A stretch of DNA of 59,859 bases, counting the filler, from Squatina squatina (Eukaryota), in assembly GCA_031763465.1 (NCBI GenBank). It is 4 parts of 4 records of this genome, joined end to end, with 100 filler letters (N's around TTAATTAATTAA, not from the genome) between each part and the next. Parts side by side here need not be neighbours in the genome. Positions count along the whole stretch, not along the records: positions 31,824 to 45,105 come from JARFOE010000219.1; positions 45,206 to 59,859 come from JARFOE010000194.1; 2 more parts are not named here. One strand, written 5' to 3'. Shown here piece by piece: positions 38,116 through 50,820 of the stretch. How positions within the stretch are numbered: the stretch's first letter is position 1; every line of letters begins with the position of its first letter. The position numbers and the translations under genes were made by a program. Below the pieces are notes generated by a model that saw only the letters and a list, made by a program, of their open reading frames with translations, made no database searches and was not told the DNA's origin.

Positions 38116-38205
38116 CGAAGGGTCATCGACCCGAAACGTTGACTCTGTTTTTCTCTCCACAGAGGCTGCCTGACCTGCTGAGTTTTTCCAGCTTTTTTTG
38201 TTTGT
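38116..38205 (+). mobile_element. Short Penelope-like terminal-repeat element with hammerhead-like motif
   Basis: CGAAGGGTCATCGACCCGAAACGTTGACTCTG...GCCTGACCTGCTGAG; other copies at 53045-53141 and 54942-55060. Confidence 0.7.
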
Positions 38206-38224
38206 ATCCTACACTATTCATCCT

Positions 38225-38645
38225 CAGCGATAGTACTCCCGCCTTTGAGTCAGAAGGTTGTAGGTTCAAGTCTGATCCACTTGAACACAAGCTCTAGACT
38301 AACACATCAGTGTAGTTCTGAAGGAGTGCTGCATTGTCAGAGATGCAATCTTTCAGATGAGATGTAAAACAAAAGCCTCATCTATTTATTCAGGTGGCTA
38401 TGAAAGACCACATTTCACCATTCAAAGAAGAGCAGGGATATCCTGGCCAACATTTGTTCTTCAACCAACACCACCAAAACAGATTAACTGGTAATTTATT
38501 TTATTGCTGTTTGTGGGACCTTGATGTTCACAAATTCCTGCCATGTTTGCTATATAACAACAGTAACTTCAAAGTAAGTCATTGGCTGTGAAGTACTTTG
38601 GGACATCCTGAGGACATGAAAGGTACAAAGTAAACAAAAGTTCTT
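38225..38645 (+). mobile_element. Near-full-length tRNA-derived Deu-type SINE (SacSINE1-like)
   Basis: B-box-like ggttcaagtc head, central block gaagagcaggg..tcctggccaacatt..attgctgtttgtggga, L2-type tail. Family name from recall. Confidence 0.75.
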
Positions 38646-40031
38646 CCTTTCTATTCACATCTATTTGTATTACTTTACATTTGTCCAGATTAAATAACAG
38701 GTAACCACTAATAACCACTGAGCCTTGCCAGATCCCTTATGTGAACACCAACCTTCGCTTTACATTTTGCCATCCAATTCTACTTTTAGGCCCTTCTCTG
38801 TGATGGCTATGATTCCTACAGAGGATTTACAACATTTAACATTTTGCCTAGTCATGTTATGATTGACAAGCTATGCTAAAAGCAGCTAAAAGAAAACTTT
38901 AAAATCACTTATCAAATTTTTCCACATCAATTCTTTTAAAACAAAACCAATTTAAATCATGAATTTTACAGTAACTATTTGACTTGGTGAGTAGTATTGA
39001 TGCTGATGCAATATGTGGAGGAAATGCAGCATTGTAACAAAGTGGAAGCTTAGTGTAATTCTAATGTAAAAGTTCTCTGTGTGCTATTTGTAACAGATTG
39101 GTATTTACTATTTTAATGAAGTCATTGACCCAGCTATTTTAAACTGGTTAATGACTTTGAACTCAGAAATTTTGCCTGAACATGTCACTCGATTTATTGT
39201 GTACACCATACAGGGAATTTCTACCCTTCTGCCTCAGATAGAGCATAGTTATTTCCTGAGAACCTTTCTCCTTTCATATTGATACATTTCGGAATTGGTC
39301 TGTCACTTCAGATAGCGGTTGTTACACCACTTACTCTGCTTTAACACCATTACTGTCACCCGTCCCATTAACACTTTTCCTAGTGTTAATCCCTGGGAAA
39401 TCCCAGAAGCAGATAACAGTTGACTGTGTATTAATATCTCAGATGGATTGCACTTCATAAACTAGACAGCTTTGAAATTGGCTGCAATCTAGGCCATAAT
39501 GTGTAACTATAACCAGTATAAACTTGTTTGCAGCCAACAAATCATGAATATTGGGAACTGGCACACGAGGGGAGATTTTCTTGGAATTTGTGCCCAGATG
39601 GACTAGACCGCCTGGGCACGGTGAATATCAAAAAATTGGGTGGGTTGCAGTTCATGCCTGTAAATAGAAAGAAAAATAGATGGATCATTTTACAAGAGTT
39701 CCCATCCAAATTGATGTTATTTGTTCTGCCCAAGCAATCCAGTGCACCTTGGCACAGACCCAGGAAAATCTTCCCCATGTTGTTCTTTCTGTCTGGTTTG
39801 CACAATGTCCAGCTGCAGTACAATCGTAATATCCCACTCCTGCAATTATGGTCTGGTTGCCGTTGTTCACAATTAGCACCAATTATACTGTGCAATAGAA
39901 GCTAGTAGCAACATTAGAAGAACAGCACGTANNNNNNNNNNNNNNNNNNNNNNNNNNNNNNNNNNNNNNNNNNNNNNNNNNNNNNNNNNNNNNNNNNNNN
40001 NNNNNNNNNNNNNNNNNNNNNNNNNNNNNNN

Positions 40032-41420
40032 TGAGATACAACCAAGTGCATGTGTCCATCTGGCAGGTCATCAAAGTGAACGTTCAGGGAGCTGAAGAGC
40101 ACTTCAGGTGCTTGGATAGGTCTGGGACCATACTTCAGTATTCCCCGGAGAGAGTATCAAGGATTATTGTAGTGTGTTACGCTCTGCACAACTGCGCCAT
40201 GGCTGAAGGTCTGGACCTCGAAGAGGAGCCAATAGAGCCAGACGCCAGAAGGTTGTGTGCTGCGGGAGCTGGAGCAAAGGAGCGTGGCGCGTCTGTAGGA
40301 GGCATACGTTCAATAGTGCAGGGCAGGGCTGTCGGAGCTGACTTACGGCTATTTGCCCCTGGAACTGGAGGCTGCTGCCTGCATTCCAGGATTGAGATCC
40401 TGAGCTGCCACGTGCAATCTGCCATGTGCAGCTGGCAACGTACCTGCTGCTCACGCAGGCTGCACGGGGCAGCCCTGGAGCCTGGGACAGTGGTGCTGCC
40501 CATAGAGCTAGAAGTATCAGCCACGTGGACTACCTGAGCCCACCTACCAATGTGATCTTGGTCTACAACCCCAACCAGTTCCCTGATGGGTTGAACAGTG
40601 ACTGCCATGAGACTCAGCAAGTGCCTGAAAGCCGTGACCCATCACACCCTCCAGTCTGTCTCCTAAAGCCTCAAGTTGGGTGCCTTGACTTCTACATCTT
40701 TGTCCCTCGATGGTGGGATCTGTCGGATATCCCAAAACAGATATCCCTGCTGGATTGGCTCTTGGAGCAGTAGCACAGTAGCATTGTGCACTGCTGCTAT
40801 AGATCGTCACAGCAAATTCTGAGGCTAGCACAACAAGGCTCTCCCGGTTGCTGTTAATGGAGCCCAGGATCCTCATGCCCCTTTGATGCTCCGTCAGCAG
40901 GCGTCTCTTCATGTCTATAGCCATCAAATCAGGCTCTACTGACCAATCCATGGCCACCTTCTGGCCGGTCTCTATGAACAGATAGCTGCATCATCCACCT
41001 CCTCCAAGTGTTCCCCCTCCACAAAACTGAATACAGATGTCTGAGAGCTAACCTGTCATTGAATCAACTGCTCAGCACGGTTTAATGTGTCCACACTTGT
41101 ACCCGGTTGAGGATAGCCAGTTGACTCTGTCTTTGCTTGGTGATGGCCTGAAGATGGGGCAGGAAGGAGCAGAGGTGTGGAACTCTGGATGTCCTGTGGC
41201 AACTCAATGGCCATGAGCTCCATAACGAAGCCAGAGTGTTGTCCCTCCATCTCCTCCGCCTCCCTTTCCTACACTCTTGCCCTCTCCTCCACATCCACTT
41301 CTGAGTTGCCCTCTTCCTCTACATCAGGTGCCTTCCTACATCTCTTGCGGGAAGAAAAACAGATGGTTAACACAGTTGCCCTTGCCAATGCTGAGATGCC
41401 CCATGGTCATCTGTGAAAGG
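40032..41420. mobile_element. PIF/Harbinger transposon remnant
   Basis: Plus-strand HFRCLDRSGTILQYSPERVSRIIVVCYALHN is a Harbinger/HARBI1-type transposase C-terminus. Convergent degraded minus-strand ORFs (40544-40957, 41056-41294) sit where the second Harbinger gene is expected. Confidence 0.85.
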
Positions 41421-43499
41421 GAAGTGTTTGAAACAATTCAGTCTCTCTACAGAGCAAATCAAATGATTTAATTTAAAAATATGCGGGACAGAGAGCTTGT
41501 GTACTGCTTACCTTGCACTCCCCAGTCCCACGCTGAAGGGAAAATGAAATTCTTCAACTTTAATAGCCCTCGCACCTTTTAATTACGCGTCAACCACGCT
41601 TGGATATTTGGCAGATTCGCGGGGTTCTTTTGTATTCAGGTGTACTCTAATTAGATTGCAAAGATACTTGGGTGCAAATTGACATCAGCAAAATGGCGCA
41701 TTCACATGTGTAATTTGGGGTCCAACTTTCCTGGTTGCGCCCACTGCACCTACGGAAGAAACTCCAAGCCATTGTCTCAGTCAAGCTACAGTACACAATT
41801 ACATCAAACATGTGTACCTTTGGGAGGAGATTACAGTAGGATTGAAAATCTAATTCAGAAATTGCCAAGTGTTGTCAAAGAGATTTGTCATTTACTACAT
41901 TTAATGTGTCCACACTCTGTCTTTGCTTGGTGATGGCCTGAAGATGGGGCAGGAAGGAGCATAGGTGTGGAACTCTGGATGTCCTGTGGCAACTCAATGG
42001 CCATGAGTTCCTGTTCCTTTGATTAACTATTACAGTGAGAAATTTGAGGTGCTACTCTTTCACATTGCAACTATATTATTTATTCATATAACAGAAATGC
42101 ATTTTTGATATATTTATTGTAGCCTCATGGGACATTGAAATTGATTAGAAATTTTATAAATTGAAATTGATTTTGTCCACTAGGCTTATGCAGCTAATTT
42201 TGACAAAAGGCTTAGTGGAGCTCAGTAGAATTTCTTTTATCTTTACATTGTTTCATTACCATTTAAAAAAGGCTTTTCCTTCACTTGTCGTGTCATTGTT
42301 CTGTGTATGACTACTGAGGTTTAAACCAGACTAGTAGTGTAGCTTCAATTTGACAGGTTTCTGCGATCTGTACCCGTTATATACATCTGCAGAATAGACA
42401 GGGAACCTCATGAACAAATGTTTCGCTTAGCGTTGATGACTTATATTGATCATCATAAATGTTTCTAACTGTGTTCTGCCTTTCATATTTGAAAACCAGA
42501 GTTTAAAATCTGTACTATCCAAATCTGGTCCAGGTTAATGTAGTTGTCATTGAGGGCTATCAAGCATCACAGTGTTTAAGTAGTTTCAGTTTTAATATAA
42601 GTGGATATAACAACATTACAGAATATAAATGCTAGAAATTCAAGAAAACTTACATTGATGTCTTAAACTGTCGCATTCCAANNNNNNNNNNNNNNNNNNN
42701 NNNNNNNNNNNNNNNNNNNNNNNNNNNNNNNNNNNNNNNNNNNNNNNNNNNNNNNNNNNNNNNNNNNNNNNNNNNNNNNNNATGGATTCCTACCAGTTGG
42801 CATTATGCCAAATATTGAACACTTATTGTTCAAGGGAACAACATGTTCCTTTTTATATATATCTTAATGCAGATCTATGCAAGTAGGTATGGGAAGTATG
42901 TGCAGATCATAACATTTGAGTATGAATATTGACCAATGAACCAATAATTTAAGGTGAGTCAACAGGGCAAGCCAGGTACTGGAGAGCATCTCCAGGACAT
43001 TTGATTACAAATGGAAGTTGATTATTTTAATTTGTCTGACTGATTGGTGCGGCCAATTTAGAGATATTGGCTGAGAAATTCAACTTACAAACATACGAAC
43101 AATAACGGACAGGAAAGGACCCTCAAGTCCATCCAGCCTGTCCTTCAGTAGAGTTACCATTTTGAGTTGGTCTGAAGTAGTTGTTCCAGTGCATTGGTGT
43201 GCAGAGATTCAAATGCTTTCGATCTCGCTAGACATTAAAGCACTGTGCTTGATGCCCAGTAATAACTGTCCAACTCAAATACTATTATCAGCTGAGGATG
43301 TGGCACATTTACCCAAGTCCATTCAATCTTATATTTTGTAATAGCTGCAAAGCAAAAGGTAATGCTTTTTGTGCAGACCTGTAGATGGATTTAGAAAGTT
43401 CAATGTCATTCCTATCGCTCATAGTTCGTATGTTGGATAAAACAGAAACAGAAAACGGCTGGAAACACTCAGCAGCTCAGTCAGTGGAGAGAGGAAGAA

Positions 43500-43703
43500 A
43501 AGGATTTATATAGCGCCTTTCACAACCTCAGGACATCCCAACGTGCTTTGCACCATTTTTGAAGTGGTGTAATGTGGGAAACGCGGCAGTCAATTTATGC
43601 ACAGCAATGAAATAAATGACCAGATAAACAGGGTTAGTGATGTTGATTGACAGATAAATATTGGCCCCAGGACACCGGGGAGAACTCCCCAGATCTTCTT
43701 CGA
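43500..43703 (-). mobile_element. Deu-type SINE (SacSINE1-like) 3' half
   Basis: Reverse-complement similarity to 38420-38645. Confidence 0.75.
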
Positions 43704-45105
43704 NNNNNNNNNNNNNNNNNNNNNNNNNNNNNNNNNNNNNNNNNNNNNNNNNNNNNNNNNNNNNNNNNNNNNNNNNNNNNNNNNNNNNNNNNNNNNNNNN
43801 NNNTTAAAAAAGTGACAAAATCCATGTGAATGCTCTACTTCGTTTGAGCAAAGTCGTTTGCATAGTTTTCTAGAACTGGGTTCATACATTGATCCAGATT
43901 AACCCTCTTCTCAGCAATCTAACTCGGTTATACATAATGTACTCTCACGGTCAGTTTCAATTCGATAACATTATCTTCTTCATAGTTGATTTCCCATGGC
44001 AATTTTTAGCGCTGCTGAATATATATAATATATATAGAAACTCTAGTTTGGGACAATATAAAGTGGTATAAAATAATTTCAAAACTTAAGTGTCCAATAT
44101 AAGTTTTTTTTTTAAATCAACTCCGTGGTCCAGGTGACCTCTGCAGTTATCCAGGATCAGGTATTGAAATAAGGCCCAAATTCTACCTCTTATCACTGAA
44201 GCTCGGTAACACTGCAGATAGCTAGCAACATACCGGAACTGTCTCAGTCCCAAATAGTGCAGGCAAGGAAGTTTTAGAAGCACACAAAGTGTTTTCACTC
44301 ATTTGTTTTTCAAAGTTAGCATTCAGTGACTCATTGATTCTCAGCAGCAGGGAAGAGAGAGATTTATGGTATATGATTGTGTCATGTCTGTTTTTATCAT
44401 GTCGATAGATAGAAAATTGACCACAACAACAGAAGCCTATTTATAATTCTATTTGATCACTATGGGAACTCATCAAAACAGAAGGCAGCACAGAAGTTTC
44501 ATTAACAGATCATCTCTGATGTCCTGCTGTGTCCTGTCTTTTTTCCTTTTCACATTGTCCTCTTGCTTGGTCCAGTGTGCTGTACAGGAGGCCAGAGTGA
44601 CAGTAATGGTGCATTTAAAATTCTGCACCATACTCCAGATTAATATTAAACTGTTAAGGGAAAATGAGAGTTTATTGATTGTTTTAAGCCTGGCATGTTC
44701 TTGTAGCAAGCTTTATTCAGATTCACTGAGCAGCAATAGATAAGTGATTTCAATACGCAGACAGAGAAGAATGTGATGGAGGTTCAGAACAGAGAGAGAA
44801 CAATAGCACTAACATGTTTAATCTTTCTTACAGTACTAATCGTTTCTTAATCAATCTGTAGTATTACAACAGTAACATTTTATGGATAGTTAATAAAAAA
44901 GCTAAATTGGCTGAATCTAGAAATTACCATATAAATCATTTTCATCTATGTACTTCAAGTGTACGCACACCTGTATTTTGCTGTCACTTAAATGGAATTT
45001 TGAGAAGCACTCATACCAGGGAAGTGCTAGGACTTTTATTTTGCACAGAATGAAATGTAAAATCAGAAGTTCCAGTGTACATTCCGTTTTATTGATAGAA
45101 ATTTT

Positions 45106-45205
45106 NNNNNNNNNNNNNNNNNNNNNNNNNNNNNNNNNNNNNNNNNNNNTTAATTAATTAANNNNNNNNNNNNNNNNNNNNNNNNNNNNNNNNNNNNNNN
45201 NNNNN
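45106..45205. other. Artificial scaffold linker N44-TTAATTAATTAA-N44
   Basis: Same structure as 18421-18520. Confidence 0.95.
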
Positions 45206-45989
45206 CTTGTATAATACTAAGACAATTTCTGGACTGAATACTTTGAAATGCAAGGTACTTGTATTGATCAAGCTGTTTGTCATATAGAAGAATTGCAAAC
45301 GCAGGAGTGCTGGGATACTATATGAGGGCAAATGGTGCACAGTTAAGAGTACTAATGTCCTAAGTGACTATTAATTTCGGAGCAGCACACTACAAATCAG
45401 TTTCAGAGATAACGCTGCTACGGAAGTTGCCTGGGGAAGCTCCATGAGCTGAAGATCATTCTGAAGCAACAATCATGTAACTTCACAATCTTAATAGTTT
45501 TGAAATTTCATCAATAAAGCAAGTAGAAACCTTTCATCTTCATTGAACTTTATTGCAATGAAAATAGAAGATGAAATAACTGTACCGGTTTCTACATTTT
45601 CTCTGCTCTTCTGAGGTGAGTGCAATCTTTCATGAGTTCCGATTTATTTGATTTGCTTGTAAGTGGTCTTACCTAATCTTATTTACAAGTCATTTATTCC
45701 GGCTATAGTTTGTATATTTTAAATCATTGTAATTGGATTGTTCTTTGATGTTTAGGAAGGAAATGTGTAACTGATCATGTGACACTGGTTCAGTGACCTC
45801 ATCAACACTTGGCAGAGTAAACTTTCAAAGCCTAATTTCAAGCAAAGTGTGATGAATTGTACAATGTTCCACAAAGCATAAACTCCTTTTCAGTCATACT
45901 CTTATCATATGTATATTGATAAGTCATTTTTATTTTTTGATTTTTGTCATTTAAAAATGTCATCTGTCTGTATACAATATTTTCATCAA

Positions 45990-46200
45990 ATATACATGCA
46001 CACAGACAAGAATATAAACACAGACAAAAACATAGATAAGAACAGACACATACATACATACAGACATATATGCACATGGACAAGAATACATACAGATACA
46101 AACAAACAGGAGCACAGTCACTGATGCACACTAATCCTCACAGATGCAGATGCAAATACAGCTACAAGTAGAAACAAGCACCTATACAAATACAACACGC
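45990..46200. repeat. AC-rich low-complexity region
   Basis: Degenerate (ACAT/ACAG)n. Confidence 0.7.
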
Positions 46201-46359
46201 TTTTGTGCAAATATTATTGCACACAGCTGCATGGTCATACATACAGATGTACTGCCGTGTGTGCACATATGCACTTATTCCATAATAATTTTACAGACGG
46301 AGCCTAACTAACTCTGCTTATTGACCGGGTTTCTCTCCTGTGTTCTGTCTTTTAAACAG

Positions 46360-46506
46360 AAAGCCAGCTCCTGCCTGGGAACAACTTCACCAACGAATGC
46401 AACATTCCCGGGAACTTCAGGTGCAGCAACGGCAAGTGCATTCCTGGGGCCTGGCAGTGTGACGGCCTGCCAGATTGCTTTGACAAGAGTGATGAAAAGG
46501 CATGCC
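46360..46506 (+). CDS. LDLRAD3: LDLRAD3 exon encoding first LDL-receptor class A domain
   Basis: tttaaacag|AA AGC...TGC C|gtgagt; 147 bp, phase 1-1. (E)[48 protein letters not shown] is nearly identical to the recalled human N-terminus. The ORF track shows only the wrong frame. Confidence 0.95.
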
Positions 46507-46841
46507 GTGAGTGATGGCTCTGTGTTTATCTTAGGCGGCTCGTGTTCCAGATCTTTCCGTGGGTGATTTAAAACCCTTGTTCCCTCTTGGGCGCCCAGTC
46601 ATCAGTGACGGACCTGGCAATCAGTCACACATCAATTGAAAGCTGGAAGCAGATTGGTGATAAATTACTGAACATCCAAATATTTGAGTGTCAGGAAAAA
46701 AGTGATGAATTGCTTAAAGACTAAGCCCAGTCAGTACCTGTNNNNNNNNNNNNNNNNNNNNNNNNNNNNNNNNNNNNNNNNNNNNNNNNNNNNNNNNNNN
46801 NNNNNNNNNNNNNNNNNNNNNNNNNNNNNNNNNNNNNNNNN

Positions 46842-47222
46842 CCTCACCTCAGGCTTAAATGGCTGACCTCTTGTCCTGAGACTATTCCCCTCCAGTTCTA
46901 GAATCTCCTGCCAGGGGAAACAACCTCTCGGCATCTACCCTGTCAATCCTGCTCAGAATCTAATATGTTTCAATGACATCATCTCTCATTCTTCTAAACT
47001 CCAGAGAGTATCGGCCCAATTTACTCAATCTCTCCTCATGTAAAGCATCTCATCCCAGGGATCAATCTAGTGAATCTTTGTTGCACCGCCTCTAAGGCAA
47101 GTATATCCTTCCTCAGATAAGGAGAACAAAACTGTGCACAAAACTCCAGGTGTGGTCTCACCAAGGCCCTATACAACTGTAGCAAGGCTTCCTTACTCTT
47201 ATATTCCAACCCCCTTGCAATA
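46842..47222 (-). mobile_element. CR1 LINE fragment
   Basis: Minus-strand late ORF2 (tccaggtgtggtctcaccaaggccctatacaactgtagc on plus), similar to the other CR1 copies. Confidence 0.85.
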
Positions 47223-48495
47223 ATGGTTCAATTGGTGACTGGGTTGGGAATGGGGAGGAAATCGCTTCTGTGAGCTGCAAACACATGCTAAACACTTACG
47301 TTGTTTAGGCTGCTCATGGGCCAGACTCACAGTAAGCTCTCTGTGGCCTCGGAAACCCACTGTTGCATTGTTAATGTCCAGATATGAGTGGAGGTGAGGG
47401 CCCTGAGACAGCAGAAAACTAGTGTCAAGTGGAGAGGAGAACCTCGGTGCGAATCCCCGTACTTTCATACTCACTTCGCCTGGATCTCTACACTCTCGTA
47501 TTCTTTACTGGATACATTTTCCAAGCCTCCAATTAACTGTCGGAATGAGCTGCAGACAGAAAAAAATAAAATGCTTAGGCTTTAGCAAAATTACGTCGGG
47601 AATTCAGTTCTTTGTTTTGTCTTTCCTTTTTGTGTTTGTTGTCAGCGGATAACACTGTGGTGTGACAAATGGCATTTGTCCTTGAGTTCAGGTGCTTTCC
47701 TCATTGAGCGTCGGATCAGTTGGAGTGACAACCCCGAACAAGGCTTGGGGAGTTGTGACGCCAGGCATGTAGAAGCGGCAGAATAATTGCGGCGAGCATC
47801 ACGTTCGGCATGCCCACCTAGTTTAACTTGAACCATGCCAGAGAGTGGCTGCTGGAATTCAAATAGACTTTCTGGCTGCCACCAGCCGACTGTAATAGAA
47901 TGCTCTCAGGAAAATGACAGATGCAGGGACAGGATGCCGCTTTGCACTATCCTGATTTGTTTCGGCAGCCAACTTGCTCGCGTGATGGAGTGACTGTATG
48001 AGCAGCTGGCATGGAAGGTAAGATTACAAAGCAATTGCATCATTGTAGACATAATTAGAAAATGACCATGACAGGACATATGTTAGAGTGGGCTAGATTG
48101 ACGGCAAAGATTTGTTCCTAAGCTCCCTAAGAGTCTGCCGATCAAACACAGGTTTTTTTAAAAAATACACATTAATAAGCTGCTATGCCAGACCCTTTCA
48201 ATTCATAACTTTAAAAAAAAAGAGATGCTAGGTCTGACCGCAGTGAAACATGACTTTAGTCAAACTGCATCACCCCCTTTTGAATGCTTGCTGATTTTGG
48301 GTTTTTTTTTCCCGGGAGCATCGCCGTTGCTGCTGCGAATTGCAAATTAAAAAAAAACAAACGCACAAAAATTCGGGTTAATTGCTGACGTCAAANNNNN
48401 NNNNNNNNNNNNNNNNNNNNNNNNNNNNNNNNNNNNNNNNNNNNNNNNNNNNNNNNNNNNNNNNNNNNNNNNNNNNNNNNNNNNNNNNNNNNNNN

Positions 48496-48951
48496 GAGGG
48501 TGCAGAAAAGATTTACAAGAATGGTTCCAGGGATGAGGGACTTCAGTTACGTGGATAGACTGGAGAAGCTGGAGTTCTCCTTAGAGCAGAGAAGGTTGAG
48601 AGGAGATTTGATTGAGGTGTTCAAAATCATGAGGGGCATAGACAGAGTAGATAGAGAGAAACTGTTCCCACTGGCGGAAGAGTCGAGAACCAGAGGACAT
48701 AGATTCAAGGTGATTAGCAGAAGAACCAAAGGCGACATGAGAAAAAACATTTTTGTACAGTGGTTAGGATCTGGAATGCACAATCGTGGCTTTCGAAAGG
48801 GAATTTTATAAGTACCTGAAGGAAAAACATTTGCAGGGCTACAGTGAAAGGGCGGGGGACTGGAACTAGCTAAGGTGCTCTTGCAGAGAGCGGCACAGGC
48901 TCAAGGGGCCGAATGGCTTCCTTCTGTGCTGTAACCATTCTATGATTCTAT
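48496..48951 (+). mobile_element. CR1 LINE 3' end
   Basis: VQKRFTRMVPGM..EQRRLRGDLIEVFKIM..RTRGHRFK; TTCTATGATTCTATG tail. Confidence 0.95.
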
Positions 48952-49987
48952 GTTGCACATTTTTAAAAGTAGAGGGAGGAGGGGAAGTTCAAATGAAACA
49001 TATATATATTAAAAAGTAGTTTTATATGAAGATCATGTTGCCTTCTGAAAAGGATAAAAAAGCTCTGAAGAATTTTAGGGCAATGAAAGTATGCCTCTTT
49101 CCCATCTCTTTATAATTGGGTTGAAGGAGTTTTACTGGAGGCGTTTTGCTCTTTGTACTGTTGTGGGCTGGCATCTTGAGTTTGTGCCAAGGCCAAAGAC
49201 AGAATAATAGTGGCACTGATTTGTTTGGAATTCTGTCTTGTTCAGAAAGCAGATAAAGCACTGTGCCAGAGATTTTTTTCTCATGAGGTAATACTGTATT
49301 CTTTTGAGACTTGCTGTGTTATCCAGCAGCTGCTTCATAGTGGGGCACACTGGTGAAGGTCATGGGTTGCAGTGTGGGAATCTCAAATCTTTATTTGGTC
49401 TGATCCAAGGACCAACTTTCATGAGAACAGATGTGCGAAACTTAGTAGTTTGTGGTTGAAGTAATGATTGAAGCTGCTGAGAGCAAGTGTGTCAGCAAGA
49501 TTTTCCTTCAGATTTATTTTTAGCAGCACCTTATTAGTTGACTTAATTAACTAAACAGAACCAAGTCAATAAACTTCATGAGTCATGGGAAAGTTTTCTT
49601 CTGTGCTAAAATGTTATTAAGGAAACCTTCATTCTTAACCAAAATGTTATTGCTCAAGGCTACTAAAGTAGCAATTCCCAGACCACTCGATCTGCTTTCC
49701 TGTCTCCCCTCTTCCTGAGCGTCGAGTCTCTAATGATCCAGAGTCAGTGTAAAATGTGATTAGGCTCACTGCCACATCTGACACAGCACCTGATCCAGGT
49801 TGGCTTTGGCTCATGTCACCCACAGTAAATTTGAAGGTATTCTGTCCTAATTACTTTTATTTTATTTTTTTAATTGTCATTTCCTCACTGTTTTATTTCA
49901 GTCTGCCTCAACTCACTTCTTTGCTGGCAAATTGCTGGTTCCTACTGCCACTGTTCCCTTTGGTGAGTCATTGGAAGGTATAGGTAT

Positions 49988-50820
49988 TGGCCTGGAATTT
50001 GAAGTCAGCAGCAAAGTGACACCACTCGCCGCTGAGCTCGAAGAAAGCTGCCCACAAAGGTCTATCTTTGTGGCATCTATTTCAGCTCTCCCAACCTTTG
50101 TTTGAATCCGGCGCCGAATCGAGTGAACTCTAAGCGTCCAGCAACAGTGATGTCATTAAGCTGGCTCAGCAGCCAAACACATTGAAGAATTCTCACAGAC
50201 AGCAAACCAGGAACTAAAATGCACAGATTGTAATTTACTTTGAATAAATTTTAGAGAGCGAAATAAAGATTGCGACATACACATAAGATTAAGGTAGAAG
50301 CTGAAAAATTATAAACAGACGTTTAAAAAATTATATTAAAAACCTGTAATTTTTAATCATATTAATTGAAAATTTTGAAGTTCCACCTTATTGTATTGAG
50401 TATTGTGTCCAATTCTGGGCACCGCACTTTAGGAGGGATGTGAGAGAGTGCAGAAAAGATTTACGAGNNNNNNNNNNAAATATAAAATTAGTGTTTTAGA
50501 GTTAGAACGGTTGTTCAGTAGTCAGTACACTGTTAAAAGCCCAGTTACAACAAGGCTTAACATTTTAGCCGTTTTTTATTCGCGATATTCCATTGTAAAA
50601 GGTGAATTTTTCGTCCGTTCAAGTGATTTCAATTGACTGCCAGCTATGGGGTTTTCCACAGTGCAGCCTGTGTCGGAGCAGTGAATGACCGACTGCAACT
50701 TCAGGATTTTTGCGTTTAGCTGCGCATGCGCTAAATCCTGAAGTTACTATCAATTACAGAGGGGTAATGATGGCGAACGCTGACAGTTTCACCGTCATTT
50801 CCACTACAAAATTTGGGCCA
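49988..50820. mobile_element. MITE-like element with degenerate terminal inverted repeats; CR1 piece at ~50387-50467
   Basis: Left TGGCCTGGAATTTGAAGT versus reverse complement of right end TGGCCCAAATTTTGTAGT (13/18); internal 13-bp perfect inverted repeat. Confidence 0.55.

Noticed and set aside
40046-40537. Domesticated HARBI1 gene
   Set aside because: Similarity is limited to a short degraded stretch embedded in transposon-like sequence.
46321-46566. 81-aa ORF in the track
   Set aside because: Wrong frame of the LDLRAD3 exon.
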